Part shown: positions 45,803 to 61,134 of the stretch, piece by piece
How positions within the stretch are numbered: position 1 is the stretch's first letter
How the letters are laid out: the number at the start of each line of letters is the position of its first letter
Assembly (NCBI RefSeq): GCF_009914755.1
Contig: NC_060931.1
DNA length: 64,000 nucleotides
Direction: 5' to 3' (one strand)
Source of the DNA: the human T2T-CHM13v2.0 reference genome, Homo sapiens
The notes under the pieces: generated by a model
Databases searched by the model: none
What the model was told of the DNA's origin: nothing
Seen by the model: only the letters and a program-made list of their open reading frames with translations
Made by a program: the position numbers and the translations under genes

Positions 45803-48800
45803 TTTTTATTAATACATAATAATTATACACATTTATGGAGTACATGTGATATTCTATTACATCCATAGAATGTGTAATGATCAAGTCAGGGTATTTAGGA
45901 TATTCATCACCTTGAGCATTGATCATTACCATGTGTTGGGAACATTTCAAGCCCTCTTCTCTTGCTATTTTGTAATATATAATGCATTATTGTTAGCTAT
46001 AATCATCCTAGTCTGCTATTGAACATTAGAACTTATTCCTTCTATCTAACTCTATGTTTGTACCCATTAACCATCTCTTCTTCATCTCCCTACCCCTACA
46101 CATAACCTTCCCAGCCTCCTGTAACTATATTCTACTTTCTACCCCCATGAGATAAACGTTTTTAGCTCCCACATATGAGTGAGAACATGTAATATTTGTC
46201 TTTCCATGCCTGGTTTATTTCACTTAACATAATGACCTCCAGTTCCATCCATGTTGCTGCAAATGACAGAATTTCATTCTTTTTTCACAGCTGAATAATA
46301 TTCCATTGTGTATATATGCCATATTTTCTTTATCTATTCAACCATTGATAGACACTTGGGTTGATTCCATATCTTTGCTATTGTGAACAGTGCTGCAATA
46401 AAAATGGGGGTGCAAGTATCACTTTAATATACTGATTTCCTTTCCTTTGGAAAAATACCCAGGACAGAATTGCTGGATAATATGGTAGCTCTATTTTTTT
46501 AGTTTTTGACAAATCTGCATACTGTTTCCATAATGACTGTATTAATTTATGTTCCTACCAACAGTATATAAGAGTTCCCTCTTCTCCACATCCTTGTCAG
46601 CATCTGTTTTTTTGTTTTATTTTATTTTTTTGATAACAGCCATTCTAGCTGGGGTAGGATGATATCTCATTGTGGTTTTGATTACTGCATTTCCTTGATG
46701 AATAGTGATGTGCAGTTTTTCGTATAACTGTTGGCCATTTGTATGTCTTTTTTTGAAAAATGTCTATTCAGATCTTTTGCCTGTTTTTTAATGGGATTGT
46801 TTGATTTTTTGCTATTGAGTTGTTTGACCTCCTTGTATATTCTGTATATTAGTCCCTTGTTAGGTGGATAGTTTGCAAATATTTTGTTCCATTCAACAGG
46901 ATGTCTCTTCACTATGTTGATTGCTTCCTTTGCTGTGAAGAAGCATTTAATTTAATATAGTCTCATTTATCCATTTTTGTTTTCATTGCCTGGGGTTTTG
47001 AGGTCTTAGCTATAAAATCTTTGCTTAGACCAATGTCCTGAAGTGTTTCCTCTATGTTTTCCTCTAGTAGTTAGTTTCAGGTCTTATAGTCAAGTCTTTA
47101 ATCCATTCTGAATTGATTTTTGTATGTGGTGGGAGATAGGGGCCTAGTTTCATGCTTCTGCATAAGAATATCCAGTTTTCCCAGCACCATTTACTGAAGA
47201 TAGTGTCCTTTCCCTAATGTATGTTCTTGGCACCATTATCAAAAATCAGTTGGCTATAAATACATGGATTTATTTCTGGGTTCTCTAATCTCTTCCGTTA
47301 GTCTATGTGCCTGTTTTTATACCAATACTATGCTACTTGGTATTGGCCACTATAACCTTGTGATATATTTTAAAGTCAGGGCATGCAATGCTTCCAGCTT
47401 TGTTCATTTTGCTCAGAATTCCTTTGGCTATTTGGGCTCTTTTTTAGTTCCATATGAATTTTAAGATTGTTTTTTCTATATGTGAAGAATGTCATCAGTA
47501 TTTTGATAGAGATTATATTGAATCTGTGGATTGCTTTTGATAGGATGGTCATTTTAACAATTTTTTTTTCCAATCCATGAGCATGAAATATCTTTCTATT
47601 GCTTGGTGTTCTCTTCAATTTCTTTCATCAGCATTTTGTAGTTTTCCTTGTAGAATCCTTTTACTTTCTTGGTTAAATTTATTCCTAGGGTTTTTTTGTA
47701 GCTATTGTAAATAGGATTGCCTTCTTGATTTCTTTTTCTTTTAGTTCATTATTAGTGTATAGAAATGCTATGACTATTGTATGTTGATTTTGTATATTGA
47801 AATTTTATTTAAGTTATTTATCAAATCTAAGAGTTTCTCGGTGGAGTCTTTGGGTTTTTCTAAATATAAGGTTATGTCATCTGCGACGAGGGATAGTTTA
47901 ACTTTCTCTTTTCCAATTGGGGTGCCTTTTATTTATTTATCTTGACTAATTGCTCTGGCTATACTTCCAGTACTATGTCGAATAGGAGTGGTGAAAATAG
48001 GATGGGCATTCTTGTCTTGTTCCAGTTCTTAAAGGAAAAACTTTCAGCCTTCCCCCATTCAGTATGATGTTAGCTGTGGGTCTGTCATATTTGGTCTGCA
48101 TTATGTTGAGGTATTTTCCTTCTACATCTGGTTTGTTGGGAGTTTGTTTTATCATGAAGTGATGTTGAATTTTATCAGATGCTTTTTCTGTGTCTATTGA
48201 AATGACCATAAGGTTTTAGTCCTTAATTCTGTTAATGTGATGGATCACATTTATTGATTTGCATATGTTGAACTATCCTTGCATCCCTGGAAGAAATCCC
48301 ACTTGATCATGGTGCATTATTGTTTTGATGTGCTGTTGGATTCAGATTGCTAGGATTATTTTGGGGATTTTTTGTGTCTATGTTTATCAGGGATATTGGC
48401 TTGTAGTTTTCCTTTTTTGTGTCTTTGGTTTTGATATCAGAGTAATGCTGGCCTTGTAGAAGAGTAAAGGAAGAATTATCTACTCTTCAATTTTTTTGAA
48501 TAGTTTGAGGAGAATGGTGTTAGGTCTTCTTTGTAAGTTTGGTAAAATTTTGGCAGTGAAGTCATTTGGTCTGGGACTTTCCTTTTTTGTAAAACTTTTA
48601 AGTTTCTGATTCAATATTGTTACTCATTATTGGTCTGATTAGGTTTCCTATTTATTTCTGATTCAATCTTGGTAGGTTGTATACATCCAGGAACTTATCC
48701 ATGTCTTCCAGGTTTTTCAGTTTGTTAGTGTTCATAATAGTCTCTGATGATCTTTTGTATTTCTGTGAAATAAGTTGTAATGTCTTCTTTTTCATTTCTA

Positions 48801-48859
48801 ATTTTGTTTATTTTGGTCTTCTCTCTTCTTTTTTTTGGTCAGTCTAGCTAGTGCCTTAT

Positions 48860-51478
<2,619 letters not shown>

Positions 51479-54469
51479 CTTATTGACTTTACCTTTTCAA
51501 AAAGCCAACTTTTCATTTTATTGATCATTTATATTGCTTTTTTTTTTTAGCCCCTATTTTGTTTAGTTCTACGTTGATCTTCATTTCTTTCCTTTTACTA
51601 ACTTTAGGTTTGGTTTGTTCTTCCTTCTCTGTTTCCTTGAGGTGCATTGTTAGATCATTTATTTGAAATCTTCTTAGTTGTGAAAGGTGTTTACTGCTAT
51701 AAATTTCCCTGTTAGCACTGGTTTTGCTATATTCCATAGGTTTTGGTATGTTGTATTTCCATTTTCATTTTTTACACGAAAGTTTTTTTTATGTCCTTCT
51801 TAATATTTTCATTGACTCAATAGTCATTCAGGAGCATGCTGTTTAATTTCCATGAATTTGTACAGTTTTCAAAGTTCCTCTTGTTATTGATTTTTAATTT
51901 TATTCCATTGAGATCTGAGAAGATACAAGATATGACTTCAATTTTTAAAATTTGTTGAGACTTGTTTTGTGGCCTAAAATAGGGTCTATCCTGGTGAATG
52001 CTCCATATGCTGATAAGAATCATACATATTTTGCAGCTCTTGAGTAATATGTTTTGTATATGTCTGTTAGGCCCTTGTGCTCTAAAGTGCAGTTTAAATC
52101 CAATGTTTCTTGTTAATTTTTAGGCTAGATAATTTGTCTAGTACGGAGAGTGTGTTGCTGAAGTTCCCAACTATTATTGCATTGTAGCCAATCTCTTTAT
52201 TTAAATCTAATATTTGCTATACATATAAGGGGTGCCCAGTTGTTGAGTGCATATATACTTACAATTGTTATCTCCTGCTGATTTGATTATTTTATCATTA
52301 TGTAGTGACATTTTTGACTCTTTCTACTGTTTTTGACTTAAAGCCTGTTTTATTTGATACAATTATGGCTACTCCTGATCACTTTTGGTTTTCATTTGTG
52401 TGAAATATCTTTTTCCATCCCTTTATTTTCAGTCTGCGTGCCTTTACAAGTAAAGTGAGTTTCTTGTGGGCAGCATATAGTTGGGTCATTTTTTAAAAAT
52501 CCATTTGATTTAATGGATTAAATTTATTTTTTTTAATCCATTCAGCCAGTTTTCTGTCTTTTAAGTTGAAAATCTAATATGTTTATATTCAAGGCTCTTA
52601 TTAATATGTGAGAACTTTTTCCTGTTGTTTTGTTCATTGTTTTCTGTTTGTTTTGTATATCCTTTGCTACCTTCTTTCTGTCTTATTGTTTATCATTGTG
52701 GTGTGTGATTTTCTGTAGTGGTAACATCTGATGTCCTTTTTCTTCCTCATTTGCATGCCTGCTCTACCAGTGAGTTTTATACTTTTGTGTGTTATTATGA
52801 TCATATATATTTGATCATAATATAAAATATACTGATTGATCTGAGTTGATTGATCTGATCAATCAACTGAATTGATTGATCTGAGTCCTTTTGCTTCTGC
52901 ATTTGCATGCCTCCTCTACCTATGAGTTTCATACTTTTGTGTGTTATTGTGATCATGTATATTTTTCTTTGGCTGCCAGATATAGGAGTCCCTTAAGCAT
53001 TTCTTACAGGACCAGTCTAGTGAAGAATTCCCTCAGTTTTTGCTAATCTATGAAACACTTTATTGCTTCTTCATTTTTGAATGATAATTTTGCTGGTTGT
53101 AGTATTCTTGGCTGATAGTGTTGTTTTCTTTCAGCACTTTGAATACATCATCTCATTCTTCCTGAGCCTGTAAGGTTTTTGCTGAGAAATCAACTGTTAA
53201 TCTGATTAGAGTTCCCTTATATGTGACTAGATATCTTTCTCTTGCTGTTTAGGGAATTGTTTCTCTGTCTTTGACTTTTGATAATTTGACTATAATGTGT
53301 CTTAAAGAAGATTTTTTTGGGTTTGTGTCAATTTGGAGATTTTTGGGCTTCCTATATCTGTATATGTCAAACTCTTGCTAGACTTGGGAAGTTTTCAGCT
53401 ATTATTTCATAATATAGGTTTTATATGCGTTTGCTCTTTTCTTCACCTTCTGAAACACCCAAAATTCAAATTTTCTTTGGTTGCTACATAGTATTCTATA
53501 TGTCATGTAAGCTTTCTTCATTCTTTATTCTTTTTATTTCTCTAATATGCATCATAAATTTTAATTTCAGTAAATGGCAGAGTTTGACAGAGAAATAGCT
53601 TTGTAGGTAAACATTGAGATTATATTATTACAACATGTTTCCCCTTCAGGTTTTTTACGCAGGTTTATAAATAAATATATATATATATACACACACACAT
53701 ATATGGATACGTGTGTGTATATGTAAAAAGAATATATAAATATATAAAGGAAATATAGATATATGAAATGTAAGCATTGCTTCTTAAAAATTCATCATAA
53801 ACTGCTTTTCTTTGCAGTGAATAAAAGTGTTTGACAAATCAATACCACTTCTAACTAGTCTTTAGAGTATAAGAACATGTGAATATCTCCATTGGGCCCT
53901 AATAGGCTGTGATGGTTAATACCGAGTGTCAACTTGACTGTATTGAACAATACAAAGTATTGATCCTGAGTGTGTCTTTGAGGGTGCTGCCAAAGGACAT
54001 TAACATTTGAGTCAGTGGGCTGTGAAAGGAGACCCACCCTTAATCTGGATGGGTACAATCTAATCAGCTGTTAGTGCTGGTAGAATATAAGCAGGCAGAA
54101 AAATGTGAAAAAGAGAGACTGGCATAGCCTCCCAGCCTACATCTTTCTCCTGTGCTGGACGCTTCCTGCCCTCAAACATCAAACTCCAAGTTCTTCAGTT
54201 TTAGAACTTGGACTAGCTCTCCTTGCTCCTCAGTCTGCAGATGGCCTATTGTGGGACCTTGTGATCATGTGAGTTAATACTTAATAATCTCCTGTATATA
54301 TGTATATTCCATTAGTTCTGTCCCTGTAGAGAATCCTGACCAATACAGATTTTGGTACCAGGAGTGGTTCTAGAGGAACAGAATATTAAGGTTGGAGGTT
54401 TTTTGTTGGTTTGGGGGTTTCTGGAGTTGGCTGCTTAATATGATTAGACCCAAAAATGCTAAGGACTCT

Positions 54470-56200
54470 GCTTCTAATAGTATGGAGAACACTGATAGTC
54501 CTTGGTGTGAACTGTTTAAAGAGTTATGCAAAATAAATGCATTTGACACTCCTGATTCATTGGTCATGAGAGGCAAGGTGTTTAGTGGCTCTATACATAA
54601 TATCTTTGACCGTATGTGGACAACCAAGGAACATAATGAAGCTAGTTGGTTGCTCCTAAGTTCAGTGGACAATGATGAAAGAAAATGATGAACTCAGGGA
54701 TTCTATCTCCTGGTCTCAGAAGCAGATACTGAGCCTCAAATCTGCTAAGACTGCCCTGAGTGAGAGTCTTATCTTCGGTAGAGAAAGAGCTGAAATTGTG
54801 GAAAAACAGACACAAGCTCTTATCATGCAAGTGGCTGACCTGCAACAGAAGGTGCATGCACAGCCTCACCAGGTATCTACTGTAAAAGTGAGGGCATTGA
54901 TTGGAAAAGAATGGAACCCTGCAACTTGGAATGGGGATGTGCTAGAGGACCTGATGAAGCTGGGGACACTGAGTTTGTAAACTCTGATGATACTTCTTTT
55001 GTCAGAAGAAACAGCTTACCCATCCCCAGCAGTGGCAACATCCCCTCTCCAACCCATGTTGCCATCAGCCTTTCCACCTTTGTCTGAAAAGATAAACCCT
55101 GCACTGCCTGAGGGAACAGTGATGGCCTCCCCTGAGGCAGTTGCCAGGTAAGATAATGTTGATTCTCCTCAGGAGCCACCCCAGCACCTCTGTTTGCTCT
55201 TAGATGTATAACTAAAGTCCCAGCAGACCCCTAGAGACAAGTGAGGTTGAGACTGTGACCCATGAGGAGGTGCACTACACTCGAAAAGAACTGCTTGAAT
55301 TTTCTAATTTGTATAAACAGAAATCTGGAGAACAGGCATGGGAATGGATATTAAGGGTGTGGGATAATGGTGGAAGGAACATAGAATTGGATGGATTTAT
55401 TGATTTGGGCCCCCTAAGTAGGGACTCTGCATTTAATGTTGCAGCTTGGGGAGTTAAAAAAGGTTCTAATAGTTTATTTGCTTGGTTAGCTGAAATATGG
55501 ATTAAAAGATGTCTCACTGTGAACGAGCTGGAAATGCCTGATCTCCCTTGGTTTAATGTAGAGGAAGGTATCAAAAGGCTTAGGGAGATTGGGATGGTGG
55601 ACTGGATTAGTCACTTTAGACCTACTCATCTCAGCTGGGAGGGCCCAGAAGATACATCCTTAACCAATGCCTTGTGAAATAGATTTGTGAGGGCAGCACC
55701 TGCATCTTTGAAGAGCCCTGCAATTGCTCTCCTCTGTATGTCAGATCTAACAGTGGGAACCACAGTCATTCAATTACAAAATTTAAATACAATGGAAATA
55801 ATTGGATCCTGAGGTGGCAGGGGCCAAGTGGCAAAACTAAACCATCAAAGGCAAGGTGGGGATAGCTACCATAATGGACACCAGAGGCAAAGTGGCAACC
55901 AGAATAGTCTGACTCATGTAGAGCTCTGGCATTGGCTAATTGATAATGGTATTCCTAGAAGTGAAATTGATAGGAAGCATACTGCATTCCTACTTAATTT
56001 ATAAAAGCAGAAAACTTCTAGGTCAAATGGACAAAAGACTAATTTGAATTATAAAAACAGAATCATGGCCGCTCAATCAATTTCCAGACTTGAGCCAGTT
56101 TACAGACCCAGAATCCCTTGAATGAAGGGAAGGCTGGGTCCCCTTGAGGAAGGGCCCAACTATATTACCGACAATTTATGCAGTGAGTCTTTCTCCTATC
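54470..56200 (+). pseudogene. HERV-L gag, disrupted
   Basis: MENTDSPWCELFKELCK, YKQKSGEQAWEWILRVWDNGGRNI in separate frames with stops. Confidence 0.8.
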
Positions 56201-59100
56201 CTTCCCCAAGGAGACTTTTGGCCTTTTACCAGGATAACTATGCATTGGGGAAAAAGAAATGATCGGACATTTTGAGGACTACTGGACACTGACTCTGAGC
56301 TGATATTGATTCCAGGGGAACCAAAATGTTATTGTTATTCTCCAGTTAAAGTAGGGGCTTATGGAGATCAGGTAATTAATGGAGTTTTAGCTCAGATCTG
56401 ACTTACAGTGGGTTGAGTGAGTCCCTGGACTCATCCTGTGGTCATTTTCCCAGTGCCAGAATGCACAATTGGCATAAACATACTTAGCAGCTGGCAGAAC
56501 ACCCACATTGGCTCCCTGACCTGTAGGGTGAGGGCTATCATTGTGGTAAAGGCCAAATGGAAGCCATTAGAGCTGCCTGTACCTAGAAAAATAGTAAATC
56601 AAAAACAATATTGCATCCCTGGAGGGATTGCAGAGATTAGTGCCACCATCAAGTACTTGAAAGAAGCAGGGGTGGTGATTCCCACCACATCCCCATTCAA
56701 CTCTCCAATTTGGCCAGTGCAGAAGACAGACGGACCTTGCAGAATGACAGTGGATTATCATAAGCTTAACTAAGTGGTGACTCAAATTGCAGCTGCCGCT
56801 GTACCACATATGGTTTCATTGCTTGAGAAAATTAACACATCTGCTTAAACTGGTATGCAGCCATTGACTTGGCAAATGCCCTTTTCTCCATTTCTGTCCA
56901 TAAGGCCTATGAGAAGCAATTTGCCTTCAGTTGGCAAGGCCAGAAATATACCTCTACTGTCCTACCTCAGGGGTTAATCAACTCTCTAGCTTTGTATCAT
57001 AATCTTATTCGGAGAGACCCTGATCGCTTTTCACTTCCGCAAGATATCACACTGGGTTTGTTACATTGATGACATTATGCTGATTGTATCCAGTGAGCAA
57101 GAAGTAGCAAACACACTGGACTTAGTGGTGAGATATTTGTGTGCCACAGGATGGGAATAAATCCAATTAAAATTCAGGTACCTTCTACCTCAGTAAAATT
57201 TCTAGGGATCCAGTCGTGGGGGGCTGTCGAGATATTCCTTATAAGGTGAATGATAAGTTGCTGCATTTGGCCCCTCCTACAACCAAAAAAGAGGCACAAC
57301 GCCTAGTGGATCTATTTGGATTTTGGAGGCAACACACTCCTCATTTAGGTGTGTTACTCCAGCCCATTTATCAAATCACCCAAAAAGCTGCCGGTTTTGA
57401 GTGGAGTCCAGAACAGGAGAAGGCTCTGCAACAGGTCCTTGCTGCTGTACAAGCTGCTCTGCCACTTGGGCCACATGACCCAGCAGATCCAATGGTGCTT
57501 GAGGTATCAATGGCAGATAGAAATGCTATTTGGAGGCTTTGGCAGGCTCCCATAGGTGAATCACAGCAGAGGCCTCTAGGATTTTGGAGCAAGGCCCTGC
57601 CATCTTCTGAAGATAACTACTCTCCTTTTGAGAGACAGCTCTTGGCCTGTTATTGGGATTTGGTGGAAACTGAACCTTTGACTATGGGTCATCAAGTCAC
57701 TATGTGACCTGAACTGCCAATCATGAACTGGGTGCTTTCTGACCCATCTAGCATAAAGTGGGTCATGCACAGCAGTATTCCATTATCAAACGGAAGTGGC
57801 TATATGTGATTGTGCTCAAGCAGGTCCTGAAGGCACAAGTAAGTTACCTGAGGAAGTAGCTCAAATGCCTATGGTCTCCAATCCTGCCACCCTGCCTTCT
57901 ATCCCCCAGCCTGCACTGATGGCCTCATGGGGAGTTCCCTATGATCAGTTGACAGAGGAAGAGAAGACTAGGGCATAGTTCACAGATGGCTTTGCACAAT
58001 ATGCAGGTACAACCCAAAAGTGGACAGCTGCAGCACTATAGCCCCTTTCTAGGACATCCCTGAAGGACGGTTGTGAAGGGAAATCTTCCCAGTGGGCAGA
58101 ACTGTGAGCAGTGCACCTCATTGTGCATTTTTCATGGAAGGAGAAATGACCGGATGTACAATTACATATTGATTCATGGGCTGTAGCCAACAGTTTGGCT
58201 GGATGGTCAGGGACTTGGAAGAAGCATGATTGGAAAATTGGTGGCAAAGAAATTTGGTGAAGAGGTATGTGGATGAACCTCTCTGAGTGGTCAAAAACTG
58301 TGAAGATATTTGTATCCCATGTGAGTGCTCACCAACGGGTGACCTCAGCAGTGGAGGATTTTAATAATAAAGTAGATAGGATGAGCTGTTCTGTGAACAC
58401 TACTCAGCCTCTTTCCCCAGCCACCCTGTCATCTCCCAATGGGCCCATGAACAAAGTGGCTATGGTGGCAGGGATGGAGGTTATGCATGGGCTCAGCAAC
58501 ATGGACTTCCACTCACCAAGACTGACCTGGCTATGGCCACTGCTGAGTCTGAATGCCCAATTTGCCAGCAGCAAAGACCAACAGTGAGCCCTCAATATAG
58601 CACCATTCCTTGAGGTGATCAGCCAGCTACCTGGTGGTAGGTTGATCATATTGGAACTCTTCCATCATGGAAAGGGCAGAGGTTTGTCCTCACTGGAATA
58701 GACACTTACTCCAGCTATGGATTTGCTTATCTTGCACACAATGCTTCTACCAAGACTACCATCTATGGACTCACGGAATGCCTTATCCACTCTCATGGTA
58801 TTCCACACAGCATTGCCTCTGACTAAGGCACTTGGTCACATGGCTGAAGAAGTGCAACAGTGGGCTCATGCTCATAAGCCAGGCTCATTCAGAGGTGGTA
58901 TTGTTTCATTCTTCCATTGCTCATGGATCTCTCTGGTCCTACTATGTTCCCTATCATCCTGAAGCAGTTGGATTGATAGAATGGTGGAATGGCCTTTTTT
59001 TTTTGTCACAAAATACCAACTAGGTGACAATACTTTGCAGGGCTGGGGCAAAATTCTCCAGAAGGCTGTGATGCTCTGAATCAGCGTCTAATATGTGGAT
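56200..59100 (+). pseudogene. HERV-L pro-pol (protease, RT, RNase H, integrase), disrupted
   Basis: LLDTDSEL protease motif near 56280, [23 protein letters not shown] at 57062-57073, RPLGFWSK..YSPFERQLLA; many stops. Confidence 0.85.
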
Positions 59101-59159
59101 TCACGGGTCCAGGAATCAAGGGGTGGAAGTGGAAGTGGCACCACTCACCATCAACCCTA

Positions 59160-59661
59160 GTGATCACTAGCAAAATTTTTGCTCCCTGTTCCCACAAAAT
59201 TACACTCTGCTGGCCTAGAGGTCTTAGTTCCACAGGGAGGAGTGCTGCTGCCAGGAGACACAATAATAATTCCACTAAACTGGAAGTTAAGATTGCCACC
59301 TTGACACTTCGGACTCCTCCTACCTTTAAGTCAACAGACTAAGAAGGGAGTTACAGTGTTGGCTGGGGTGATTAACCCAGACTATCAAGATGAAAGCAGT
59401 CTACTACTTCACAACGGAGGTAAGGAAGAGTATGAGTGGAATACAGGAGATCCGTTAGGGTGTCTTTTAGTATTACCATGCCCTGTGATTAAGGTCAATG
59501 GGAAACTACAACAGCTCAATCCAGGAAGGACTACAAATGACACAGACCCTTCAGGAATGAAGGTTTGGGTCATTCCACCAGGAAAAAAAACTGGACCTCC
59601 TGAGTTGCTTGCTGAAAGTAAAGGAAATACAGAATGGGTAGTAGAAGAAGGTAGTCATTAA
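59160..59661 (+). pseudogene. HERV-L dUTPase region, disrupted
   Basis: LAGVINPDYQDE..LLLHNGG dUTPase motif downstream of integrase, as in ERV-L. Confidence 0.75.
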
Positions 59662-60381
59662 TACCAGCTAGGACCACGTGACTAGCTGCAGAAATGAGTT
59701 CTGTAATTGTCATTAGTATTTCCTCTTTCTACTGTTAAAAACATGTTTGTGCACATATACACTTGTACTAAGAAAAGATCTTCATTTTATTTCCATCTCA
59801 ATTGTCATGTGATATAAGATTTATTGACTTCACATCAGCATTTAAGTATTATTAACTTTATGTAATAGTATTTTGGTTGGGGATTGGTGTGTTTCTAGTT
59901 ATACAAAGGATAGTTGTAGTATGTTAGGTGTAATTATGATCTTATTATTGTCTTTGAAGATTATGTATAATATCAGGAGATATGTATGAGTTCACATTGA
60001 CAAGGGATGGACTTGTGATGATTAATACTGAGTTGCAGCTTGATTGGATTGAAGCATACAAAGTATTGATCCTGGGTGTGTCTGTGAAGGTGTTGCCAAA
60101 GGAGATTAATATTTGAGTCAGTGGGTTGGGAAAGGCAGACCTACCCTTAATCTGGGTGGGTACAATCTAATCAGCTGCCAGCACAGCTAGAATATAAGCA
60201 AGCAGAAAAATGTGAAAAGAGAGACTGGCCTAGCCTCCCAGCCTACATCTTTCTCCCTTGCTAGATGCTTACTGCCCTCAAACATCAAACTCCAAGTTCT
60301 TCAGTTTTGGAATGCAGACAGGCTTTGTTTGCTCCTCAGCCTGCAGATACCTTGTGATTGCATGAGTTAATACTTATTAAA

Positions 60382-60385
<4 letters not shown>

Positions 60386-60419
<34 letters not shown>
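60386..60419. repeat. (TA)n microsatellite in the 3' LTR
   Basis: Uninterrupted atatat run; much shorter in the 5' LTR. Confidence 0.9.
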
Positions 60420-60422
<3 letters not shown>

Positions 60423-61102
60423 CTGTCCTTCTAGAGAACCTAGACTAATACGTAGGCCAAGTAGCAAAATCCAGCAGTAAATGGTAAATGTAACCATGCC
60501 TTATTTAAGATGCATCATAAACTCTTTTCTTTCAGTGAATGGCAGAGTTTGACAGAGAAACACCTTTATAAGAAAACATTGAAAATATGTTATTAGAACA
60601 TGTTTCTTTCTCCATTGGGTGCTAACAGGTCAAGTAGAGAAATCCAGCACTAATAGGCAAAGATAAGCATGCTTTCTTTAAGAGGCATCATAAACTGTTT
60701 TCTTTCAATGAATGGCAGAGTTTGACAGAGAAATGCCCGTTAAGCATTGAGAATATGTTAATAGAACATGTTTCTTTTTCCATTGGTTTATATTACACAA
60801 GATTACATATGCAGCTACAAATGGAAAATATAAGCATGGTTTCCTAAGGATTTATCATAAACCGTTTTCTTTAGGTGAATGAAAATGACTGACAAATAAA
60901 TACTTTTGAAATCTAACTTTTAGAACATGTTATTAGAACATGTTCATGTCTCCATTGGACCCTAGAAGGCCAAGTAAAGGAATCCAGCAAAAATAAACAA
61001 ATGTAAGCATGCTTTTATTAAGATGCATTGTAAACTGTTTTCTCTCAGTGAATGGAAGGGTTTCACAGAGAAACACCTTTGTAAGTAAATGTGAGAATAT
61101 GT

Positions 61103-61134
61103 GGAGAGGCCAAGATGGCAGACTAGAAGCTGCT
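61103..61134 (+). mobile_element. 32-bp extreme 5' end of an L1
   Basis: ggagaggccaagatggcagactagaagc with the YY1 core aagatggc. Confidence 0.75.

Larger units (their letters stand above)
53908..60452 (+). mobile_element. HERV-L provirus, near full-length, with MLT2A (probably MLT2A2) LTRs 53908-54347 and 60014-60452
   Basis: LTRs start tgtgatg(g/a)ttaatac; 5-bp TSD taggc at 53903 and 60453; purine tract before the 3' LTR; gag-pro-pol-dUTPase remnants, no env. Confidence 0.95.
53549..61102. repeat. Degenerate ~170-bp tandem repeat, at least 6 monomers, split by HERV-L (parts 53549-53907 and 60458-61102)
   Basis: Monomer starts (g/t)catcataaac at 53549, 53792, 60512, 60685, 60852, 61025; spacings 170 (ERV removed), 173, 167, 173. 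Confidence 0.85.

Noticed and set aside
53549-61102. Calling the 170-bp repeat alpha satellite
   Set aside because: Length fits, but only short weak motif resemblance by eye; needs an HMM search
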